Virus record (IMG/VR): IMGVR_UViG_3300046777_002658 | Location: 1 to 64,000 of that record | Strand: one strand, 5' to 3' | DNA length: 64,000 bases | Origin: a virus | Shown: in pieces, positions 24,601 to 34,856 of the stretch | Numbering within the stretch: position 1 is the stretch's first letter | How the letters are laid out: each line of letters opens with the position of its first letter | Notes under the pieces: model-generated | Databases searched by the model: none | Told to the model about the DNA's origin: nothing | Seen by the model: only the letters and a program-made list of their open reading frames with translations | Made by a program: the position numbers and the translations under genes

Positions 24601-26637
24601 TTAAAAAGGTGTTATAAGACCTAGCTCAGTGTAATAACCAGGTGTTCCATCATTAAAGCGATGTATTAAACCTTCTACTCTCCATATAGTTTCTGGGTCA
24701 TCTTTAAACTTAACCTGGTCATTCTGAGGTACGTTATCTCCTCCCTCTTCTAGATTAGGAAGATCACACATAATCTGAGTGTTAGAAAATCCAGTAACAC
24801 TTCCAGTTATAGTATTAGCACTAGTACCATCTTTGCTAGTAACGACAGAAAGATAATCATTAGGAAGAGTAACCGACTCTGGAGTTGTACCTGAGTTATT
24901 TCTTACTTGGTTAGCCAAATCTAAAGCTAAATCTTGGTAATGCCCGTAATACTGAACAAAGTTTGTTTTATCTGTAATAGCCTCATCTAGCATACTTTTG
25001 TGATCTGGTACTTTAATAGAGTTTTTTGGTGCACCCCCTAATATTTGAATAGCTTCTCCGGGTGTGAGAGAAGGGTCTCCTATCATATGCGCTGTGGCCG
25101 CTCTGACTTCTTTACCTTTAGCCCTAACATAGGCTAGTGCAACTCCTACTAACTCTGCTGAACTATTGATAGAAGGGTCTACTACTGTGTAGTAGCTACA
25201 GGGGAAAGCACGACCTTCAAACCTTGAAGGTATAACTCTTAAATGTATGCTCATGGCTTCACCACCACTTGCAGCATTAGACTTAGTAACAATAATGTTT
25301 GACCTCCAAGATAAGGTTGACTGCTCTTCTCTAAACAAGATTAGTTTTTGGCAAGCGTGTACCTCTTCAGGAGCTGACAACACTTCTCTTCCAGCCACAA
25401 CTGTTAGGTCTAAGCCACCATCATTGCTGTTAGCCACCACAGCAGTTCTATCAACGTCACTTCTTACCTCATAAAGCCCTGAAATTCCTTCTGGAGCGAT
25501 TCTATTAAAGTAAGTTCTATAAAACCTTTTAGGGTCGTTTAATCCAGAAGTATCAACTCCTCTGGGGCAGTACCAATAATCTCCAGTCCGGTGGTCACAG
25601 AACACCTCTGTCATAACTGGTTCTTGGAGAGCAAGATACTTGATGTACTCTATAGCCACACGTTCTGTAACCACATAGTTCATTTGCAGATCACTGCCAT
25701 TAGAAAAAGGCATTCGACCAGTAATAATATTGAACTTAGGAAAAAAGCTTATATCTTCTAGTTTGTCAGTTGTCTTACCACCTAAAAAAGTTATCCCTGA
25801 ATCTTCTGTTTGAACCTCATAGTTTCTAAATCCATCATAGCCAGTGCTAAAGCTAACATCTTGAGTATTTTTCTTATCATCCTCAGAAATGTAAAAGCCA
25901 CAGTTTGCAGCATTGCAGCCAGTAGTACCTCTCAAGTCTCCCACTGCCCTTTTAGCGATCGCCATAATTACATCTTTTCTAGGTATCTGCCCATTTTTAC
26001 CAATGTCTGAAACCAAGTTCTCGCTCTCAGCACTGTTAAAGGAGGATAAGGAATCCATCAGATACTTCATTCTGTCTCTGCACTCAATAGAGTAGGAAAA
26101 GCCGTCGTTAGTGCTAGTAGAGTCTATTACAGTATCAATGCTGCCAATATAAACTCTAAGAAGTCTTGTCCCAAGGTCTTCTTTAGTGATAGATTCTCCC
26201 AAGTAGTTTTTGTATCCAATATAAATACAAATTTCATCACCCGGACCTAGTGGAAATTTTCTTCTCTGAGTGCCGTCTGGCTTCAACTTTTTAGTCAAGT
26301 CTTCTGGTATCTCCCCATCCTTTGCTTGAGAATTTTTAGCTGGTCTATACGGCTCTACTAATGTCAAGGGAGGCAGACAGTCGTCTGGGTTAGTTAAGTT
26401 AATAGAGCACTTTATAAAGGCTGTTGAGGCAGTCCAAAATCTAGATATATTAACTCTAGCTCTTGAAACCACCCAGCTACTATTATCTGTAGCCTCACTT
26501 GATATAAGAATAACTCCCTTTAAGTCTGTGAGTACCAGAACTGGAACTTGAGCATTTGCTTGTTGATGACAAGAGTCACCTAAAACCCAAGTATTATCTT
26601 TTGTTTTTCCGGGAAAGCTTGCTTGTATTACTGCCAT
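24601..26637 (-). CDS. Baseplate hub (gp27/gpD-like)
   Basis: GDEICIYIGY, YIGSIDTV, IECRDRMKYL, IGDPSLTPGEAI, WRVEGLIHRF...GYYTEL. Confidence 0.75.
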   Translation of the reverse strand: MAVIQASFPGKTKDNTWVLGDSCHQQANAQVPVLVLTDLKGVILISSEATDNSSWVVSRARVNISRFWTASTAFIKCSINLTNPDDCLPPLTLVEPYRPAKNSQAKDGEIPEDLTKKLKPDGTQRRKFPLGPGDEICIYIGYKNYLGESITKEDLGTRLLRVYIGSIDTVIDSTSTNDGFSYSIECRDRMKYLMDSLSSFNSAESENLVSDIGKNGQIPRKDVIMAIAKRAVGDLRGTTGCNAANCGFYISEDDKKNTQDVSFSTGYDGFRNYEVQTEDSGITFLGGKTTDKLEDISFFPKFNIITGRMPFSNGSDLQMNYVVTERVAIEYIKYLALQEPVMTEVFCDHRTGDYWYCPRGVDTSGLNDPKRFYRTYFNRIAPEGISGLYEVRSDVDRTAVVANSNDGGLDLTVVAGREVLSAPEEVHACQKLILFREEQSTLSWRSNIIVTKSNAASGGEAMSIHLRVIPSRFEGRAFPCSYYTVVDPSINSSAELVGVALAYVRAKGKEVRAATAHMIGDPSLTPGEAIQILGGAPKNSIKVPDHKSMLDEAITDKTNFVQYYGHYQDLALDLANQVRNNSGTTPESVTLPNDYLSVVTSKDGTSANTITGSVTGFSNTQIMCDLPNLEEGGDNVPQNDQVKFKDDPETIWRVEGLIHRFNDGTPGYYTELGLITPF

Positions 26638-26653
26638 AAATATCTAATAAAAA

Positions 26654-26674
26654 AGGAGTAGCAAACCTACTCCT
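26654..26674 (-). terminator. Terminator after the tail tube gene
   Basis: AGGAGTAG-CAAAC-CTACTCCT next to an A tract (T tract on the minus strand). Confidence 0.55.
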
Positions 26675-26703
26675 CTTATTGTATCTAGCTTATTAGATTA
26701 TCG

Positions 26704-27375
26704 TTAACCAAATAGATAGTTTCTTTCTGTACCACTAGGCGGTTTGACGGTTGCTATACTAGGTTTAATTTGACTAAAAGAAAATGGTGGAGCAGGTTTT
26801 ACAATTACTCCAGGAGCTTCTATTACAGAGCCTGGAAAGTAAACAATATCCTCACACATACCCTCTAATCGGTTAGCTATAACATTGCCTCCGGAAGCAC
26901 CAGCAACTGTAAGGTTATCAACCTTGGCAAACCTTAGTTGGTATCTACCAGTCGCGCTACGACCCTGTCCAAGAACATTAGATTCTTGCTTTACCTCTAC
27001 AGCTTGATTACCATAATAAACACTAGTATTATGTAACTCAGGGGCATTAAATTGAACTGTGATCACAAATCTTGGGTTAGGAATAGCTTTAAACTCAGAG
27101 CCAACTTGCTGCTGCCCAAAGACTTCCTGCATGATGCGGTCATCAATCATCCCTCTTTCTAAAGTCCAACCATAAGCGTTGATACCATCTAAAAGCCTAG
27201 AGTTTTTCGACCCAAAAGGAAGATAACGCTCTGTCGCGTTCATTATAGTCCACTGAAAACCGGTAAAACCTCCTAGTAAAACAGGCCTACCAGTTACTTG
27301 GTCGTTTATAAAAACAGTGGTATGAAACCCCTGTAAGGGGTCAAGTATTGCATTATTAACATTAAAGCTTGGCAT
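26704..27375 (-). CDS. Tail tube protein
   Basis: Follows the sheath; DPLQGF, ERYLPFG...LLDG.....WTLERG, PRFVIT, VIANRLEGMCE. Confidence 0.75.
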   Translation of the reverse strand: MPSFNVNNAILDPLQGFHTTVFINDQVTGRPVLLGGFTGFQWTIMNATERYLPFGSKNSRLLDGINAYGWTLERGMIDDRIMQEVFGQQQVGSEFKAIPNPRFVITVQFNAPELHNTSVYYGNQAVEVKQESNVLGQGRSATGRYQLRFAKVDNLTVAGASGGNVIANRLEGMCEDIVYFPGSVIEAPGVIVKPAPPFSFSQIKPSIATVKPPSGTERNYLFG

Positions 27376-27388
27376 ACTAATGTTTCTC

Positions 27389-30300
27389 CTATATTGCTGT
27401 TTGCAGACTAAATTCTTCTGTCAAGTCCAAGACAGTATCAACAAGGATTCTGTCAGCTGGAAAGGTAGGAGTCAGCCTGATACGAATGTTAAGGCGACCA
27501 GCTAACTGGTCTTTTTGGGTATTGTTGGCTGAAGAACAGATTGTTGGTGCTAGTTGTGTGAACCAACCCTCCCTAAACTTAGTCTGCAGATAAGCATCAC
27601 AAGCTGTAGCTGCTTCACTTTGCAATGAAGCATTATTAGGACGAGAGCGAACCCATTGCAGGTTGATATACAAGTCAGACTTAATTTGGTCTAAAAGTCT
27701 AACAATTGAAGCATATCTGTAAACTGGGTGTTTACTAGTAGTTAAACCATTAGAAAATCTGAATCCTCCAGCATTTTGGTCATAAACCAAAACCTCTACC
27801 CCGCTTTCAGCCATTCTGTCCAAGTAAGACGAATTGATTTTAGTGTCTATAGAAGACACTCCTCTGATTAGGCTTCCTGAGAAAGAAGCTGCCGGAGATA
27901 TTTGGGGAGAGCGAGAGTAGCTATACCCCACATAACTACCAGTTGACCCAACGTTTGGAATTAGTTGGTTGGTTAAAGTTGTCATCAACTGCCTGCCATT
28001 CACCAAAACAACCCGCTCAGAGTTTAATTGCTCTCTGAGAATCTCTGCCCTTTCAGCAGAGATATTAGCAGGAAGTTCAAACACAGCTGTGCGTAAACCA
28101 TTCTCAACTGTAGATCTCTCTACACTAGCTTTAGCGGCATCAAAAACTGACTGAAAAGTAGGGTCTCCGTAGATTATTCCCGGTAAAGCAAGAACAGCAA
28201 TATTGTAGTCTTCTAGCTCATTAATAGCTTTTATGAATCCAGCCACTAAACCAGGAGTAGCTAATTCACCTTCTGATGTACTGTTTGACCCACCAACTAA
28301 ACTAACTTGCTTGAGAACAGATGATCCTTGAGCAGTAAAAGAGGTTACTCCTGTATTAAAAGCTGTCGATATAGCTTGTAAGGGAGGAGCAAGACGCTGT
28401 GGAGTTAGCTTTAAGACTCTTGTTGCTACATTAAGGCTAGAGCCAGCTTCAGCTAGTCTTAAAGCAGGTATAAAGTAAGCCTGGGTATTGCTTGAAGAAC
28501 TAAAAGCTAGACTACGACCTGTATTAGTATCAATATTGCCAGAATCAACAATGAAGATTTTCTTGCTATCAGGTGTGACAGCATTAGTGTTTAAGTCTTG
28601 AACTTGCAACTGGAATGAGCCAGTCTGACGATTAATTTTTTGGTTTGTGATTGTGTATCGGAGATTGTTGCCATGTACGCCAGGAGTTAAGGCAAATAAT
28701 CTCCATAGTAGAGTTCCATCAGCAGCGTACAAGTCTCTAGAAGCAAACACCGCTCCAGTTACTCCACCCTTAAAGTTGTAGTAGAAGCCATAGGAACCAG
28801 AAGGACTGTTTAGTAGTGCATCTTCTATATCTCCTGTAGAATACTTATCTAACTTCCAGGAAATTCTGTTAGACTGCTCACCCTCAATTGAAGAAAGTAG
28901 TGTGATACTAGGGCTGCTAGAGATATCATCTAAATCGGTAACTTTGATTAGCTCAGAAGCTGTACTACTAGACTCTATACCTGTTTTTAAGTCTTGAAGA
29001 ACTTCTACAAGAGTAGTGTTATCTTGGTAAGCATCTTGCCCTGATGATGTTTTTGCTCCTACTAAAACAGAAGTTTTTGCAAAAGGTACAAAGAACTGCC
29101 CGCCTGTTTCTAGGGGTAGCTTAACCTGACCGTCTGCACCCCAAAGAATCTCTAAACCAATACTTTCACTATCAAGCTTCGTAGGTTCTGTGGTACTGAC
29201 TCCAACGTTGCTGGTCTGCTGGAAGGTAAAGGTCTTATAAACACCACCAGAATCTTCATTAAGAAGGAAATAACTGTCAACGGCAAAAGTGCCATAACCA
29301 TCGTTATAGGTGTCAGATAGAGAATAGTATTTGTTTCCAAAAGGAGATACTGTATTCTCTGGTGTATCAAAATGGTAGCCAATTACATATTGAGCTTTGT
29401 TAGGAAATCTAATTTGGTAGTCATTATTATCTAACTGGCTGAAGTCTACTACCCGACCAACTAAGTTAGTAGTAATATCTTCATTAACAATTAAGGTTAA
29501 TCTTCCAATAGTGTTGTTAGGGCTAATAGCAGCTGTTACAGGTGTTGCAGAAGCAATTGTAAAAAGAGTGCCACCAATAGAAAGTTTGTAGTCTACATTA
29601 ATATCTTCGGGCTTTAACAAACCTTGAACAACAATCTCCTTTGTTCCTGCGTTTACAGATAAAACAGATGGTACAAGAGTTACCTCGGTATTTTCTGTTA
29701 GCTCAGGTAAGCTCTCGTTTAAGCTAAATCTGTATCCTGTGGTTAAGTCTCCTACGTCATTAACAGCACCATTAAATAACTCGTCACCAATAATGTCATC
29801 CCCAGGAGCACCATCTATGATAGTGCTAACGCTGACACCGTTAAAAGAAGAAATCTGTGAGCCGTTATTTCCCACTAACACTGGATCAATTCTTTGTGTG
29901 TACAGTTTGCCATTAATAGACAAAACCATACTTTTCAAAAAAGTAGGATTAGTATTAGGAGATAAAGGAGTCAAACTATCCCCAGAGACTAAGTTATCTA
30001 CAATTACGCTGCCTTCACCAGCTGCTTGAGCACCAGCAGTAAAAGCAACTTTACCAACAATAGAGTTAGAGTGCTTTAACTCTGATCTTAAGAGAAGTCC
30101 GTGGTAGACAGGAGATAGGTCTAAAAGCTTACTGGCAATCAAAAGCTTATCAGAAGCTGTTTCAGAAGTAGTAGTTAAGGAGTAACCAGGTTGAAGTAAC
30201 TCTTTTAGTACAGATAGGTTATCAGCGTCCTTTCTGATTAAAGCAATTTGATAGCCTACAGTAGAAGTTCTAAGAACAGAGACGTTGATCGTACTAGCTG

Positions 30301-30838
30301 AGAGGACAGGAAGTGAACTATTACCTTCTACAGCCTTGGTTACATAAAACTTGAATCTTCCCTGTCCACTAAAAGTAGGGTGGGTTACTAAACTGTTTTT
30401 AGTTTTTACCTTAGAGAAGAGAGAGTTTATTGTAATAGCATCACTAAGATAGTTTAAGGTTAGCTCAAAGCCAGTTGTTCTGTTAGAACTTGGTACTAGA
30501 GAGCTGCCAGAAACTGTGTAGCCTATTCTTGGAGCAACATTAGGAGCAGAGGAGGAAAACTTGATTGTTGCTGAAGATGCGCTAGAAGCTGCTGACGCTC
30601 TACAGATGGTAAAGTCTGATAGACCATTATTCATTGCTTGCTGCACAAAGAGAGACCCAGGTGAGCTGTCTAAAGAGTACAAGCTGGCAAACTCTTCTGC
30701 CCCGCTAATTTCTTGAGGTATTTCTGAGCCCCTACTAAAAATAGAAGCAACTCCTACTTGGTCTCTCCAAGGTCTTGCTTCTACAGCAGGACCTACTATA
30801 GAATCTCTAAACTCAATACTAGGGCGTGTTGAAACCAT
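27389..30838 (-). CDS. Tail sheath protein, unusually long (1149 aa)
   Basis: N-terminal IFSRG..IPQEISG.EEF..LY; ALTPGVHGN; C-terminal YASIVRLLDQIK, NNTQKDQLAGRLNIRIRLTPTFPADRI. Confidence 0.9.
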   Translation of the reverse strand: MVSTRPSIEFRDSIVGPAVEARPWRDQVGVASIFSRGSEIPQEISGAEEFASLYSLDSSPGSLFVQQAMNNGLSDFTICRASAASSASSATIKFSSSAPNVAPRIGYTVSGSSLVPSSNRTTGFELTLNYLSDAITINSLFSKVKTKNSLVTHPTFSGQGRFKFYVTKAVEGNSSLPVLSASTINVSVLRTSTVGYQIALIRKDADNLSVLKELLQPGYSLTTTSETASDKLLIASKLLDLSPVYHGLLLRSELKHSNSIVGKVAFTAGAQAAGEGSVIVDNLVSGDSLTPLSPNTNPTFLKSMVLSINGKLYTQRIDPVLVGNNGSQISSFNGVSVSTIIDGAPGDDIIGDELFNGAVNDVGDLTTGYRFSLNESLPELTENTEVTLVPSVLSVNAGTKEIVVQGLLKPEDINVDYKLSIGGTLFTIASATPVTAAISPNNTIGRLTLIVNEDITTNLVGRVVDFSQLDNNDYQIRFPNKAQYVIGYHFDTPENTVSPFGNKYYSLSDTYNDGYGTFAVDSYFLLNEDSGGVYKTFTFQQTSNVGVSTTEPTKLDSESIGLEILWGADGQVKLPLETGGQFFVPFAKTSVLVGAKTSSGQDAYQDNTTLVEVLQDLKTGIESSSTASELIKVTDLDDISSSPSITLLSSIEGEQSNRISWKLDKYSTGDIEDALLNSPSGSYGFYYNFKGGVTGAVFASRDLYAADGTLLWRLFALTPGVHGNNLRYTITNQKINRQTGSFQLQVQDLNTNAVTPDSKKIFIVDSGNIDTNTGRSLAFSSSSNTQAYFIPALRLAEAGSSLNVATRVLKLTPQRLAPPLQAISTAFNTGVTSFTAQGSSVLKQVSLVGGSNSTSEGELATPGLVAGFIKAINELEDYNIAVLALPGIIYGDPTFQSVFDAAKASVERSTVENGLRTAVFELPANISAERAEILREQLNSERVVLVNGRQLMTTLTNQLIPNVGSTGSYVGYSYSRSPQISPAASFSGSLIRGVSSIDTKINSSYLDRMAESGVEVLVYDQNAGGFRFSNGLTTSKHPVYRYASIVRLLDQIKSDLYINLQWVRSRPNNASLQSEAATACDAYLQTKFREGWFTQLAPTICSSANNTQKDQLAGRLNIRIRLTPTFPADRILVDTVLDLTEEFSLQTAI

Positions 30839-30938
30839 AAGATTTTTGTTATGATAAAAATTTAACTATTAATATTTATTCGACTAAACTCAACATAGCT
30901 TTAAAGTCATAAAGACAGAAAATAGTTTTTGTGTTTAT

Positions 30939-31781
30939 TTATATATTTATGTTGACCTCTGTAGGCTTAGGAAATATAAAAGCTGAATCACCCACAGATT
31001 CTACAATCTCGTAAGATACAACTAGATAAGAAGTGTGAAAGATTAGGTTGGGGCTGTCTTTAAGCCAGTTAGAAGTAGGATAATCAACGTACTCTACTAT
31101 TGGATTCCCTATTTTAAATGGTCTAATAACTACTAAGCTTCTTATAACCTTTACTAAAAGACTCATCCAAGATCTAAGAACCCTTTCGGCTGGAAGAGTT
31201 AAAATGCTCAAGTTTACATTAGTACCAAGGACTGAAGGAGCTATAACAGCATCTTCATTATCTGTAAACTCTTCAAGGGTAGTGGTGTCTGCTGGCAGGC
31301 TAGAGTCTTTATACTGAACTCTTTTAGCTGCTGGTACATATAGAGGGTTAAAGTCAGGAGAATCAGTTAATAAGTCACTCAGCAACTGCACAGGAACATT
31401 TAAACTAGCATCTTGGTAAAACAACTGCACTACAAAAGAAAAACGTGATTCCACGCCATAATTAGTATCTCCGGCTCTTCCTAGATACTTGTCCTTATAG
31501 ACAACTGATTTTATTCCTGCATCTTTTTTTGAGAAATAGGGGCTTTTTTGATTAAAACCCCCATACGCCGGGTAAACAGCTAAAGTCAAGCCCGGCTCAA
31601 TTAGCTCCAAACCACCAAAATCTCTGGCGCTCACAATACGAATTGGTTCTGTTTGAGCTACTTCTCCTATAACAATTGGGTAGAATATCTGGCTGTTTAC
31701 TACGTCGTAGTGGGTAAGAATAGCGTTTAATAAGGCTAATACAGCTTGGTCATGAGTTGGGGGTAAATAATCTAAAGCCAT
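30939..31781 (-). CDS. Probable tail completion/terminator protein
   Basis: Position between the adaptor and sheath genes. Confidence 0.45.
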   Translation of the reverse strand: MALDYLPPTHDQAVLALLNAILTHYDVVNSQIFYPIVIGEVAQTEPIRIVSARDFGGLELIEPGLTLAVYPAYGGFNQKSPYFSKKDAGIKSVVYKDKYLGRAGDTNYGVESRFSFVVQLFYQDASLNVPVQLLSDLLTDSPDFNPLYVPAAKRVQYKDSSLPADTTTLEEFTDNEDAVIAPSVLGTNVNLSILTLPAERVLRSWMSLLVKVIRSLVVIRPFKIGNPIVEYVDYPTSNWLKDSPNLIFHTSYLVVSYEIVESVGDSAFIFPKPTEVNINI

Positions 31782-33400
31782 ATATTCTGCTGGATGCTAT
31801 TGTTTTCGTCGTTTATTCTTTGCCAAGTCAAGTTTTTTCTTTCTCTGGTAATTAACTGGGGAATTGAACTACTTGTGCCGGTGTTTATTAATGAGCCACC
31901 AGAAATTGTGCTGCATTCGGCTCTAACCGACTTAGGGTTACTACTAAACAAAGTGTGAGGACTATAAAGACCACCAGTAGCAATCTCTATATCAGAAGGC
32001 ATTTCTAATATATCTATTACTACATAAGTATTAAACCTAGATAAAGTCCAAGCCAAAAGCTCTACACCAGCTATAGGTAGTTGAGAACTTAGAGGGTCAT
32101 TTCTGACTATTGCTCCGGTTAAACCACTACTATTTCTTGTCACCGTCAGAGCAGCAAGAAGAGCGATCGCAATCTGAGAAAACCTTAGATTATCCGCTTC
32201 TGTTTGTTCTGCTGGGTCAGTTTTTATAACTCTTGGAATATTAATATCTGTAAAATCCTCTGTGGGGTTACTCTCTCCAGCAGCCCAAAACTGGACTCTG
32301 ATTTTTAGGTTAGAGGTGGTAGGAGCAGATAGCTCTTCTGTATACCGAAGTTTGTTCCTTAAATAAAGGACAGTTGGTTGGTGAGTCTTTTGATTAACAG
32401 TTGATGAAGCTTTGTTATCCTTCAGTAAAATAATCATACCGTTGAGAACTCTGTTACTTAAGGAGTTCCAGCGCAAACCCCAGTCAAAAGGAGCTTCACC
32501 AGTTTTGACACCCGCTACAGACTTTTCTACTTTTATACTAAGCGAGTAAGCAACTACTCCTCTTGTAGGGGTTCTAGGATAAAAGTTTAAGTAGTGAAGA
32601 TCATTTAACTCAAATGTACCCCCTGCTAACTCTGCTACAGCAATTAATGAATGTTCATTAAACATAAGACTGACTGAGTTTATAGACTCAGCTAGTTCAG
32701 CTACTATCTGCCACGCTGTTGTACTAGAGGTGTATAGCCTGGATTCCACCCAAGTAGAAGTTAAACCAGGAGAGTACCAGCTAACTTTCACTGTACTACC
32801 AGACTCTAGAACAATATCTTTAGCACTAAATATAAAATTAGGGTCAGCTCTGTCATCATTAGAAGTAGAATTAGAACCAGAGTTAGAGAACTCATAGGTT
32901 AGGCAAACTCTATCTAAGTCAGCTAATGCTTGTTGTTCTATCTTATGAGACTGCTCTGCTTGCTCTGGTACTTGCGAAAGCTGACCTATCAGCAGAGCAG
33001 CTGTTAAGGCTGCACTAACTCTTCTTATACCATCAGAAAATATAGTTCTGTTAACTAAACCAGAAGCATCAATGTTAGGGTCAGCGTACATAACTTCTTT
33101 TACTTGGTCTAAGTCTGTAAAAAGAAAAGTGTTATCCAGCTTTCTTCTAGCAGAAGCCAGCACTAACGCTATTCTGGGGTCTGCTTCTGTTGTAGCTACA
33201 TTAAAAATTTCTAAGGTAGTTCTTCTTTTTAAAAGAACGGAGTAGCGCCTTACCATCTCTGAGTAAGCAACTAATTCTGGAGAGGCAGCTACAATCTGTG
33301 CCTCAGTTAAACTAGCTGCCTCTTGAGCTGAAATTGTTGGGGAAATACCATTAGGCTGAGGAAAGCTAAAGCGGTCAGCAAAGTTTAACGTGGTGGGCAT
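31772..33400 (-). CDS. Probable head-tail adaptor with C-terminal extension
   Basis: N-terminal helical RIALVLASARRKLDN...VSAALTAALL pattern like Mu gp36-type adaptors; position. Confidence 0.45.
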   Translation of the reverse strand: MPTTLNFADRFSFPQPNGISPTISAQEAASLTEAQIVAASPELVAYSEMVRRYSVLLKRRTTLEIFNVATTEADPRIALVLASARRKLDNTFLFTDLDQVKEVMYADPNIDASGLVNRTIFSDGIRRVSAALTAALLIGQLSQVPEQAEQSHKIEQQALADLDRVCLTYEFSNSGSNSTSNDDRADPNFIFSAKDIVLESGSTVKVSWYSPGLTSTWVESRLYTSSTTAWQIVAELAESINSVSLMFNEHSLIAVAELAGGTFELNDLHYLNFYPRTPTRGVVAYSLSIKVEKSVAGVKTGEAPFDWGLRWNSLSNRVLNGMIILLKDNKASSTVNQKTHQPTVLYLRNKLRYTEELSAPTTSNLKIRVQFWAAGESNPTEDFTDINIPRVIKTDPAEQTEADNLRFSQIAIALLAALTVTRNSSGLTGAIVRNDPLSSQLPIAGVELLAWTLSRFNTYVVIDILEMPSDIEIATGGLYSPHTLFSSNPKSVRAECSTISGGSLINTGTSSSIPQLITRERKNLTWQRINDENNSIQQNIWL

Positions 33401-33402
33401 TA

Positions 33403-33987
33403 TTACTCTTCAACTCCAAGAATAAGATTACATTCTTTTACGACACTTGCCAGTCCTTTAAACTTCTCCTTGATATAAGCAACAAGTTCAACTTGTAAAG
33501 GCTCTTCTTCTTTAAGCTTTCCTAAATAAGCAACAATTGACCTCCAGTTATAGTTATCTGGCAGAGCTTCTTTTATAACCTTGTCAAAGTTGTTTAAGCT
33601 TGAGTCTAAAACTACCTTGACCTCATCTACAGGGTCAACAAGACCATTCAAGAGATTATTACCTTCAGCAGCATACTCAGAGTAAATCTCATGTAAAGGG
33701 TTTGCAGCAGCATCTTTAATAGGAGTAGCAAACACATCTTTGTTATCTGGAAAAGCCGGTCTAACAGGAGAAAGTTCTGGCACTACCTCTTGGAAGCTTA
33801 GTTTTGCATAGCTAGGTTCTACAGGCTCAGAGTTGGATATAACAGTAAAATCACTAGCTACAGGGGAATTGATAATCTTTAGACCATCTTGCTCAGAAAG
33901 GTGAAGACGATCTCCCGCCTCCACCTTTCTGGTTGTTCCCCCTATCTGTACTAAACCAGGTCGGTTAGCAATAAGACGATAGGACAT
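33403..33987 (-). CDS. Hypothetical protein downstream of head genes
   Basis: 194 aa, coupled. Confidence 0.6.
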   Translation of the reverse strand: MSYRLIANRPGLVQIGGTTRKVEAGDRLHLSEQDGLKIINSPVASDFTVISNSEPVEPSYAKLSFQEVVPELSPVRPAFPDNKDVFATPIKDAAANPLHEIYSEYAAEGNNLLNGLVDPVDEVKVVLDSSLNNFDKVIKEALPDNYNWRSIVAYLGKLKEEEPLQVELVAYIKEKFKGLASVVKECNLILGVEE

Positions 33988-33993
33988 ATTTGT

Positions 33994-34782
33994 TTAAGGG
34001 TTGGCAAAGTTATTGTTAACAATCAAAGAGCTAGTTGCAGTTAGAAGGCTTCCAGCGCCAGAGCTTGCACCATCAGTATCATAAGATAAAACTAAAGTTG
34101 CAAGATGCAAAGAAGCACAGTCTCTTAACTCAGCCATAGAGTTAGAGCTAGTGTAAGGAGGATAGTTTGTCCCTACGTAGATTTTCTTCTCTACTGCGTT
34201 GATAGACAGATTTGACAGTGTAATAACTGGGCTTGACTCACCACCCCATGTTCTATTCTTACCTGTTTGAGCAGGAACTGGAGGAGCTTCAAAAATAGGA
34301 TTGTAAGCAACCCACTGACCAGCAACTCTTTTATAAAAGGTATCGGTGGTTAAATACTCACCAATATCATTACACAAAGCATACTTGTCACCGTTAGAAA
34401 CCGCAACTCCGTTTAGCAAGGTTGTTGGAGCAGAAGAACCTCTAACAATAGGTACTAGTTTGCGAGTTGGGTTCAGAAAGATGTGGTAGTAGTTTAAACC
34501 TGGTGAAACACCTAACGTATTAGGATTAATCACTAAAGAAACATCTGAGGCTAATGTAGATAACTCGCTATCTAAGTAAGCTTTACCAGAGCTGATATTC
34601 ACAGTTTGTGCAGCAGGAACTTTAGGGGTTGTTCCTGTACTAGCTGTAGGAGTCCAAGTAGGGTTTAAACCAGTAAAAACAGAACTATAAGGGTAGTAGG
34701 ATAAACCCATGCCACGAGCATCAGGGTAAATATCCTTAAGAGTGCGAAAGCCTGGTGCGGCTAAAGATTCAACTGGTGTCAT
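33994..34782 (-). CDS. Probable capsid decoration/cement protein
   Basis: Directly after the MCP; Thr/Ser/Pro-rich beta-type sequence. Confidence 0.45.
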   Translation of the reverse strand: MTPVESLAAPGFRTLKDIYPDARGMGLSYYPYSSVFTGLNPTWTPTASTGTTPKVPAAQTVNISSGKAYLDSELSTLASDVSLVINPNTLGVSPGLNYYHIFLNPTRKLVPIVRGSSAPTTLLNGVAVSNGDKYALCNDIGEYLTTDTFYKRVAGQWVAYNPIFEAPPVPAQTGKNRTWGGESSPVITLSNLSINAVEKKIYVGTNYPPYTSSNSMAELRDCASLHLATLVLSYDTDGASSGAGSLLTATSSLIVNNNFANP

Positions 34783-34809
34783 TTAAAGCCTCTTTTAAAT
34801 AATTTGTTT

Positions 34810-34837
34810 TGGTTTCTAGCTTATGCGCTAGAAACCA
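34810..34837 (-). terminator. Hairpin after the major capsid gene
   Basis: TGGTTTCTAGC-TTATGC-GCTAGAAACCA. Confidence 0.6.
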
Positions 34838-34856
34838 GATTAAGAAAAAACAGATA

